Below, piece after piece: positions 27,368-33,519 of a stretch of DNA of 33,519 nt. Position 1 is the first letter of the stretch, and each line of letters opens with the position of its first letter. Source of the stretch: Lachnospiraceae bacterium (GTDB lineage Bacteria; Bacillota; Clostridia; Lachnospirales; Lachnospiraceae); the NCBI GenBank assembly GCA_017483425.1, contig JAFUWM010000213.1:1-33519 (forward strand), in the 5' to 3' direction. Both the position numbers and the translations under genes were made by a program. The notes below the pieces were generated by a model. That model saw nothing but the letters and a program-made list of their open reading frames with translations. It did no database searches and was not told the origin of the DNA.

Positions 27368-27396
27368 TTGTAAAATGTATACAATTATTGTAGAAT
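27368..27396 (+). promoter_or_regulatory. SigA promoter of ferredoxin
   Basis: TTGTAA, 17 nt, TAGAAT. Confidence 0.6.
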
Positions 27397-27463
27397 ATTC
27401 AGTACGTTGACTAAGAAGCAAAAATCCCATTGCTTCGTGAAATATATTAAGGAGGAATGTAAA

Positions 27464-27634
27464 ATGGCTCACGTTATTAATGATTCATGCATAAGCTGCG
27501 GTGCTTGTGCAGCGCAGTGCCCTGTAAACGCTATCTCAGAGGGCGACGGCAAGTATGAGGTTGATGCAGCTACCTGTATAGACTGCGGCGCATGCGAGGC
27601 AGGCTGTCCAGTAGGCGCGATCGTAACAGAGTAA
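27464..27634 (+). CDS. fdx: Clostridial-type 2[4Fe-4S] ferredoxin, 56 aa
   Basis: Two CxxCxxCxxxCP motifs. True start is ATG 27464 after AAGGAGG. Confidence 0.97.
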   Translation: MAHVINDSCISCGACAAQCPVNAISEGDGKYEVDAATCIDCGACEAGCPVGAIVTE

Positions 27635-27660
27635 GGATTGCTTAGAACCTTGTAAGTATT

Positions 27661-27698
27661 AGGGGACGTACTTTTCAAGTACGTCCCCTTTTCTTTTT
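27661..27698 (+). terminator. Intrinsic terminator of fdx
   Basis: AGGGGACGTACTT-TTC-AAGTACGTCCCCT followed by TTTCTTTTT. Confidence 0.9.
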
Positions 27699-27736
27699 CC
27701 ACATAATAAACGTTTTTAACAAAATTTTAAAAGGTC

Positions 27737-27765
27737 TTGAAATACGCTCAAGATGCGTATATAGT
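27737..27765 (+). promoter_or_regulatory. SigA promoter with a palindromic spacer and no adjacent CDS
   Basis: TTGAAA, 17 nt, TATAGT. ATACGC-N7-GCGTAT (27742-27760) spans the spacer. Confidence 0.6.
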
Positions 27766-27770
27766 TCATT

Positions 27771-27896
27771 ATCGTAGAGCGATCGGAAATCTTAATGCAG
27801 ACAGGAGGTGACCGGTCAAAATATAAAAGGGAATTTTTTCAGGATGGTATTTCAGACATCATCCGAGAACCCCTGAAAAGGGGTGTCAGTTTTTTT
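27771..27896 (+). ncRNA. Candidate sRNA or attenuator leader (~125 nt)
   Basis: Lies between the promoter above and an ACCCCT-GAAA-AGGGGT hairpin followed by T7. No family recognised. Confidence 0.4.
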
Positions 27897-28068
27897 CCAT
27901 ACGGCGCAGCCGTATCTGAACCTTCCCTTAAAGTTTTTCCAGATATAAATGCAATTTTTCTTTCAAGTTTTTTCATTGCATTATCCGGTCGCACTATAAT
28001 TCCAGCCGGGGTGCGGATATATCACAGATCTCCATATGGCCGGAAAAAAATTGAAAAGGAGATTTTAT

Positions 28069-28290
28069 ATGAAAACAAGCAGAAGACGGGATGATACTGA
28101 TGCTGAACTTATGATGATGCTTGCGAAGTATCAGGCAAGCGGTGTGCCGATCTATTTTGAGGATCGCCCGTGTACGCCGCAGGAAGTCGTGAATATCATG
28201 ATGGTGAAAGAGAATGAAGTATATATGCCGGATTATGTGACAGATAAGCATAACAATGTAGTTCAGATAAGGTATGATCACGTGAAATGA
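28069..28290 (+). CDS. Small hypothetical protein, 73 aa
   Basis: ATG 28069 follows AAGGAG, with TATAAT at 27995-28000. The sequence is protein-like (GVPIYFE...YMPDYVTD...IRYD). Confidence 0.8.
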   Translation: MKTSRRRDDTDAELMMMLAKYQASGVPIYFEDRPCTPQEVVNIMMVKENEVYMPDYVTDKHNNVVQIRYDHVK

Positions 28291-28300
28291 GCATATCGCT

Positions 28301-28395
28301 TTGCAGACTGGCTTCCGACGGCAGAACATATCTGTGACAGGGCGTCCCGAAAACTTTTGCAACGGATAAAGGCTGTCGGAAGTCAATGTTTGCAA
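28301..28395 (+). ncRNA. Candidate rod-like structured RNA / long imperfect inverted repeat
   Basis: 28301-28322 pairs with 28372-28395, and 28329-28335 pairs with 28362-28368. All four non-Watson-Crick pairs are G-U on the + strand. Confidence 0.45.
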
Positions 28396-28418
28396 GTTGA
28401 CATAAGGTATGCTAAAAT
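28390..28418 (+). promoter_or_regulatory. SigA promoter of the GH18-sua5-rpiB operon
   Basis: TTGCAA, 17 nt, TAAAAT, with an extended TG. Confidence 0.65.
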
Positions 28419-28455
28419 CAAGTATTAATGCTTTGAGATCAAAGGAATATTTTGA

Positions 28456-30180
28456 ATGCTTGAAACCCGGGAAACCCTAAAAAGGAAAAGAAACAGAGCG
28501 AGGAAATACGAACGGGATGATGCCCGCAGACACAGAGGAAACAATATTCCCCTGATAATGGCAGGTCTGGTTGTCGCAGCCATAGCGATAGTCTTGCTTG
28601 GCAACGGGCTTATCAAGGAGTTCGGGAGTTCAAGGGAAAGAGCGGATCTGTCAGAATATCTGGGGATAAGCGGTGACGGAGAGACTGTACTTATCATAGA
28701 CGGAGAGACATCAGAGGAAAAAGCCGTTATCCAGAACGGAAATGTGTATATTCCGATGCAGCTCGCAAATCAGTTTTATGATAATTTTTATTATGACAGT
28801 CTTGAAGGGCATCTCCTTGTGACGGGAGCTACAAAGACTACAGAGGGAATTGAGGGTACAGACTATATTCCCGGGGAAACGGTTTATGTTTCGCTTTCAT
28901 TTCTAAGCAGGTTCGTGCCTCTGAATTATGAAGAATATGCCGATCCCTCCAGAGTGGACATTGTAACGCGGTCTGTATCGGTAACAACGGCGGAGACAGA
29001 CGAAGATATAAAAATGAGGGTTTCTGCCGATAAGCAGTCGCCGATTCTCATGGATATCGATAAAGGAGAGACTGTCAGGATAACGGAGGAAAACGACGAT
29101 TGGGCGGAAATAAGATACCGGGCTGTCACGGGGTATGTCGAAAGCAAAGGACTTACCGGAGAAAGAAATACCTCGGAGATAACGCTTACCGGTGGGAATG
29201 AGGCGGATCAGCAGTATCTGAGGCATATAAGGGATCATAAAATTGTGCTTGGATTCCATAATGTTGCGGTAGCTGATGCGAACTCTTATCTTGAAGAAGC
29301 TGCCTCCCAGACTAAGGGTATGAACGTGGTAGCGCCCACCTGGTTTGCTCTGTCAGATAATGAAGGAAACATCTCAGATATCGCGAGTCCTGATTATGTC
29401 GGAAAAGCGCACGAACTCGGATATGAAGTGTGGGGCGTGATAGATAATTTTACAAATGCTGTCGATACCAATGAAGTGCTTGCCCGTACATCAAAGAGAC
29501 TGATACTGGAGCAGAATGTGATCAGCTTAGCTACAGCATACGGTCTGGATGGCATTAATATCGACTTTGAGCAGCTTGCGGGAGAAACCGGCGATGATTT
29601 TGCGCAGTTTTTGAGAGAGCTTTCCATACTTACAAGGGCTGATAATATTGTATTATCAGTGGATAATTACGTGCCTCAGGATTATACGGATTTCTACAGG
29701 CGGGATATACAGGGAAGAGTAGCGGATTATGTGATAATCATGGGATATGATGAGCATACCGCAGCCTCTCAGGAGGCAGGGTCTGTCGCGTCGTTGGGCT
29801 TTGTGACGCAGGGTATCGAAGATACGCTTAAAGAGGTACCTGCGGCGCAGGTTATAAATGCCATTCCTTTCTACACCAGGAAATGGGCTTATGAAGGAGG
29901 AACATTGTCCTGTGAAAGCCTCGGGATGAGAGATGCGCAGGCTTTTATTGCGGATAACGGGGCACAGACCGTATGGGATGCTGATGCATGCCAGAATTAT
30001 GCGTCGTTTGAAAAAGACGGAGTGCTCTACAGCATCTGGCTTGAAGACAGCGAGAGCATTTCTTCAAAGCTGGCGGTAATGACAGCGCACGATCTGGGAG
30101 GGCTGGCCTGCTGGAAGCTTACGCAGGAAACGCCTGATATATGGGATACGATTACGGCTTATTATCCGTCCGGAAACTGA
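28456..30180 (+). CDS. Membrane-anchored SH3b + glycoside hydrolase family 18 protein
   Basis: N-terminal TM helix, SH3b (MRVSAD...WAEIRY..VTGYV), GH18 catalytic LDGINIDFE, IMGYDEH and a final W.L.QE. Confidence 0.92.
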   Translation: MLETRETLKRKRNRARKYERDDARRHRGNNIPLIMAGLVVAAIAIVLLGNGLIKEFGSSRERADLSEYLGISGDGETVLIIDGETSEEKAVIQNGNVYIPMQLANQFYDNFYYDSLEGHLLVTGATKTTEGIEGTDYIPGETVYVSLSFLSRFVPLNYEEYADPSRVDIVTRSVSVTTAETDEDIKMRVSADKQSPILMDIDKGETVRITEENDDWAEIRYRAVTGYVESKGLTGERNTSEITLTGGNEADQQYLRHIRDHKIVLGFHNVAVADANSYLEEAASQTKGMNVVAPTWFALSDNEGNISDIASPDYVGKAHELGYEVWGVIDNFTNAVDTNEVLARTSKRLILEQNVISLATAYGLDGINIDFEQLAGETGDDFAQFLRELSILTRADNIVLSVDNYVPQDYTDFYRRDIQGRVADYVIIMGYDEHTAASQEAGSVASLGFVTQGIEDTLKEVPAAQVINAIPFYTRKWAYEGGTLSCESLGMRDAQAFIADNGAQTVWDADACQNYASFEKDGVLYSIWLEDSESISSKLAVMTAHDLGGLACWKLTQETPDIWDTITAYYPSGN

Positions 30181-30187
30181 GACGATC

Positions 30188-31240
30188 ATGAAAACGAGGG
30201 TGGTAAAGGCCTTTGGAGACCCTGAGCAGGACAGGGAGATAATGGAGGAGGCAGGAGAGATCATAAGATCCGGCGGACTGGTAGCAATACCTACCGAAAC
30301 GGTATACGGTCTGGCGGGAGATGCTTTTAATCCGGATTCATCCAGAAAGATATATGAGGCGAAGGGGCGACCTTCTGATAATCCGCTGATCGTGCATATT
30401 GCGAGGCTTGACGATATTAACGCGGTGGCGGAGGATATCCCGGAAGCAGCCTTTAAGCTTGCAGAGAGATTCTGGCCCGGACCTTTGACCATGATCCTTA
30501 AAAAAAAAGAAACCGTACCGTATGAGACTACAGGCGGACTTGATACGGTAGCCGTCCGGTTTCCGGTAAATAAGATCGCGCAGGAGTTTATAACGGCCTC
30601 GGGCGGGTTTATAGCGGCTCCTTCTGCCAATGTTTCGGGAAGACCAAGCTGTACGAAAGCATCCCATTGCGTGGAAGACCTTGACGGCAGGATTGAGATG
30701 ATAATCGACGGAGGAGAGGTTGGTATAGGCCTCGAGTCAACTATAGTTGATCTTACCGAAGAAACGCCATGTATTCTGAGGCAGGGTTATATTAACGAAG
30801 CGATGCTGAAAGACACACTTGGAACCGTAGGCAGGGAAGCAGCAGACAGCGAGCATCCTAAGGCTCCGGGGATGAAATACAGACACTATGCCCCTAAGGG
30901 TAAGCTTACGATAGTAAAAGGAAAAGCCTCAGATGTAGCACGCAGGATAAATGAGCTTGTCAGGGAGCATGAGGGCAGATCTGAAAAAACTGCCGTGATC
31001 TCCTCACATGAGCATATGTCAATGTATAAAGACTGTCGCAGCCTTGTCTGTGATATCGGAAGCCTGCAGGACGAGGATATGATAGCGCACCGGCTCTTTG
31101 CTCTTTTGAGGGAGCTGGACGACAAGGAAGCAGAGTATATTTACAGTGAAAGCTTTGATACCCCGAGGCTTGGAGAAGCGATAATGGACAGGCTTTACAG
31201 GGCAGCGGGACATAGCATAATATATGCAGGAGACCATTAA
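30188..31240 (+). CDS. sua5: L-threonylcarbamoyladenylate synthase (Sua5/TsaC2)
   Basis: PTETVYGL, KGRPSDNPLIVH, WPGPLT, APSANVSGRPS, the PGMKYRHYAP linker and a SUA5 C-domain. Confidence 0.97.
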   Translation: MKTRVVKAFGDPEQDREIMEEAGEIIRSGGLVAIPTETVYGLAGDAFNPDSSRKIYEAKGRPSDNPLIVHIARLDDINAVAEDIPEAAFKLAERFWPGPLTMILKKKETVPYETTGGLDTVAVRFPVNKIAQEFITASGGFIAAPSANVSGRPSCTKASHCVEDLDGRIEMIIDGGEVGIGLESTIVDLTEETPCILRQGYINEAMLKDTLGTVGREAADSEHPKAPGMKYRHYAPKGKLTIVKGKASDVARRINELVREHEGRSEKTAVISSHEHMSMYKDCRSLVCDIGSLQDEDMIAHRLFALLRELDDKEAEYIYSESFDTPRLGEAIMDRLYRAAGHSIIYAGDH

Positions 31241-31252
31241 GGAGGTTTTGAA

Positions 31253-31690
31253 GTGAAGATAGCAATAGCATGTGACCATGGCGGATATGAATTAAAAGTA
31301 AAGCTTATCCCCCATCTAAAGGAGCTTGGACACGATGTACAGGATTTCGGATGCGACAGCACGGATTCCGTGGATTATCCCTCGTATGGGAAAGCGGTAG
31401 GTCATGCGGTAGCGGACGGAAAGGCCGATAAAGGCATAGTTATCTGCACTACCGGCATAGGAATATCAATTGCAGCCAATAAGATAAAAGGTATAAGGGC
31501 AGCTGTCTGTACAAATGGTTTGATGGCAAAGATGACAAGACTTCACAATGACGCGAATGTGCTTGCGCTGGGAGCCAATATAGTGGGATACGGTTTGGCG
31601 AAGGAAATAACGGACATTTTTCTTGAGACGGAGTTTTCAGGCGGAGAAAGACACGTCCGCAGAGTTAAAGCAATAGAGAATGATGACTGA
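31253..31690 (+). CDS. rpiB: Ribose-5-phosphate isomerase B
   Basis: CDHGG, VDYP, ICTTGIG.SIAANK, HNDANVL and F.GGERH.RR. Confidence 0.96.
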   Translation: MKIAIACDHGGYELKVKLIPHLKELGHDVQDFGCDSTDSVDYPSYGKAVGHAVADGKADKGIVICTTGIGISIAANKIKGIRAAVCTNGLMAKMTRLHNDANVLALGANIVGYGLAKEITDIFLETEFSGGERHVRRVKAIENDD

Positions 31691-32186
31691 CAGCATAACT
31701 ATCAAAAGAGAAAATTACATTTCCTGGGATGAGTATTTCATGGGTGTTGCAAAGCTTACGGCGGAGCGATCCAAGGATCCTAATTCCCAGGTGGGTGCAT
31801 GCATAGTCAGCTCAGATCACAGGATACTTTCCATGGGATATAACGGATTTCCCATGGGATGCTCGGATGATGAATATCCATGGGCAAGAGAGGGAGACGA
31901 TCTGTCTGTTAAGTATACATATGTCACGCATGCGGAGCTTAATGCCATACTTAACTTCAGGGGGAGCAATTCTTCTCTTGCGGGCGCTACACTGTATGTA
32001 ACGCTGTTTCCATGTAATGAATGTGCAAAGGCTATAATTCAGACTGGGATACGAAGTGTGATATATGAATCAGACAAGTATGCGCAGACGCCTTCTACGG
32101 TAGCTTCAAAGAGAATGTTTGATTCCGCGGGCATAGAATACAGAAAATATGAGCCAAGTGGAAGAAAGGTGAGCATAGAGTTATGA
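31680..32186 (+). CDS. Deoxycytidylate (dCMP) deaminase
   Basis: WDEYFM, RSKDP..QVGA, GYNG, HAELNAI and PCNEC. Confidence 0.95.
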   Translation: MMTDSITIKRENYISWDEYFMGVAKLTAERSKDPNSQVGACIVSSDHRILSMGYNGFPMGCSDDEYPWAREGDDLSVKYTYVTHAELNAILNFRGSNSSLAGATLYVTLFPCNECAKAIIQTGIRSVIYESDKYAQTPSTVASKRMFDSAGIEYRKYEPSGRKVSIEL

Positions 32187-33519
32187 GCAGGGCTTTTAAG
32201 ATAACCATATGCATTGCAGTGGCGTTCATTTTTGCGGTCACTCCTGTATGTACCTACGCAACAAGTACATCCGACCAGATAAAGAAGGTCGAAAATGAAC
32301 AAAAGAATACCAAGAATAAACTGGGGCAGACACAGAGTACGATTAACCAGCTTAAGGACTCCAAACAGGCTATACAGAACAGCCTTAATAATTTAAATGA
32401 CCAGCTTGACGAAAAGGAAGGAGAGATTTCTGACATTGAGGTTCAGATAACGGAGAAAGAGCAGGATATAGAAAGCATAGAAAAAGAGTATGAAGACGCG
32501 CTTGATCAGGCAGATGAACAGTACAAGTTCATAAAGGCGCGTATCAGGACAATATACGAATCGGGGTCAAACGATTTTTACGATCTTATCTTTAATTCCG
32601 GAAGCATGGCCGGATTTTTGAACAAAGCCATTTATATTTCCAGAATGAATGATTATGATAAAAAGATGATGGATAAGCTTCAGAATCTTATGGACGACGC
32701 AAAGGCCAAGAAGGAACGCCTTGTAGCGGAGGATCAGGAGCTTCAGGAGCTATATACGGCAAAGGAGGAGGAAGTCAAAAACCTTGAGGATCTGGTGGAT
32801 AGCACGGAAGACAGTCTGGTAAGCTACGCCGGAGCAATTTCCGAAAAGGAGAGGGAAGCTCTTGAATATGAGGCAAAGCTTGTTGCCAGTCAGAGTACCC
32901 TTGCTTCCCTGAAAACAAAGCTGGCGGAAGAGGAAGCTCTTGCAAGACAGGCGGAAAAAATGGCATTCAGGGATCTGTCAGAGGTGTCTATCGGAGCAGG
33001 AGACAGGGATCTGCTTGCTGCGATCATCCAATGCGAGGCCGGAGGAGAGCCATATTCAGGTAAAATAGCGGTAGGAGCTGTTATAATGAACCGTGTGAGA
33101 AGCGGCGCTTTCCCCAATACTATAGCGGGAGTCGTATATCAACCCATGCAGTTTCAGCCTGTCCGCTCGGGAAGGCTTGCTATAAGACTTTCTGAAGGAG
33201 CCAACAGTGAATGCTACAAGGCTGCGGATGAAGTGCTTGCAGGCGCGAATAATATCGGAAACTGCCTGTTCTTCAGAACCGTAGTACCGGGAATAAAAGG
33301 GACAATAATAGGACATCATGTCTTCTACCTGCATTGGACGGGTGTTGAATCGGGGTACGGGACTGTGGAAGACTCATTGGAGGACGAGGATACATCCGAA
33401 ACCAAAAAGAAAGAGTCGGAAGAGGATTCTGAAAAGGAAGAAAAAGAGAAAGAAGACTCGGACGATGAAGATGAAGATGAGGAAGAAGAGGAAAAATCCA
33501 AAGAAAAGGAAAAAGAAGA
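32183..33519 (+). CDS. Secreted coiled-coil + Hydrolase_2 (SleB/CwlJ-like) cell-wall hydrolase, 3' end beyond window
   Basis: Not in the ORF track because there is no stop in the window. The ATG overlaps the upstream TGA. It has a signal peptide (MSRAFKITICIAVAFIFAVTPVCTYA), a long coiled coil, LLAAIIQCEAGGE..GKIAVGAVIMNRV...FPNTI.GVVYQ..QF, and an acidic tail. Confidence 0.92.
   Translation, partial: MSRAFKITICIAVAFIFAVTPVCTYATSTSDQIKKVENEQKNTKNKLGQTQSTINQLKDSKQAIQNSLNNLNDQLDEKEGEISDIEVQITEKEQDIESIEKEYEDALDQADEQYKFIKARIRTIYESGSNDFYDLIFNSGSMAGFLNKAIYISRMNDYDKKMMDKLQNLMDDAKAKKERLVAEDQELQELYTAKEEEVKNLEDLVDSTEDSLVSYAGAISEKEREALEYEAKLVASQSTLASLKTKLAEEEALARQAEKMAFRDLSEVSIGAGDRDLLAAIIQCEAGGEPYSGKIAVGAVIMNRVRSGAFPNTIAGVVYQPMQFQPVRSGRLAIRLSEGANSECYKAADEVLAGANNIGNCLFFRTVVPGIKGTIIGHHVFYLHWTGVESGYGTVEDSLEDEDTSETKKKESEEDSEKEEKEKEDSDDEDEDEEEEEKSKEKEKE

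Noticed and set aside
27368-27384. TTGTAAAATGTATACAA as a Rex operator at the ferredoxin promoter
   Set aside because: It is 17 bp rather than the 18-bp Rex palindrome, so the half-site spacing is off by one. Another regulator cannot be excluded.
27795-28094. 99-aa ORF in the fdx-downstream region
   Set aside because: There is no SD before its ATG, it runs through a terminator-like hairpin and T tract, and it overlaps the better-supported 73-aa gene.
30500-30508. A9 homopolymer in sua5 as a phase-variation tract
   Set aside because: It is in frame (LKKKE) in a conserved housekeeping gene, with no evidence of switching.

Overview
This is a mostly + strand housekeeping region. Its gene set and protein sequences look like a Lachnospiraceae-type, butyrate-producing Firmicute (inferred from gene content only). 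The left edge holds the last 46 codons of a probable tyrosine integrase converging on the 3' end of a tRNA-Met(CAT), which is the likely junction of an element integrated to the left of the window. Then follow a hypothetical gene with a WecB/TagA glycosyltransferase, CYTH and DJ-1/PfpI genes separated by a 150-bp MITE-like structured element, and tig-clpP-clpX-ysxC (no lon) running into a very His-rich COG0523 GTPase and a second CobW-like GTPase. Next come a YmfI-like SDR, an SH3-NlpC/P60 hydrolase with WalR-type boxes, hpf, a 45-aa ORF absent from the ORF track, and the butyryl-CoA operon thl-crt-hbd-bcd-etfB-etfA. The right half holds a GT2+GT-B fusion, an inverted rpsF-ssb-rpsR cassette, a ChbG/YdjC deacetylase, gdpP-rplI-dnaB-mecA and a ferredoxin. 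It ends with a structured intergenic region containing two candidate RNAs, a GH18 gene, sua5, rpiB, a dCMP deaminase and a truncated Hydrolase_2 gene. No CRISPR array, rRNA or defence system is visible. The best unexplained signals are the MITE-like element, the two RNA candidates at 27.77-27.90 kb and 28.30-28.40 kb, the tRNA att junction and the uncharacterised GTPase pair.
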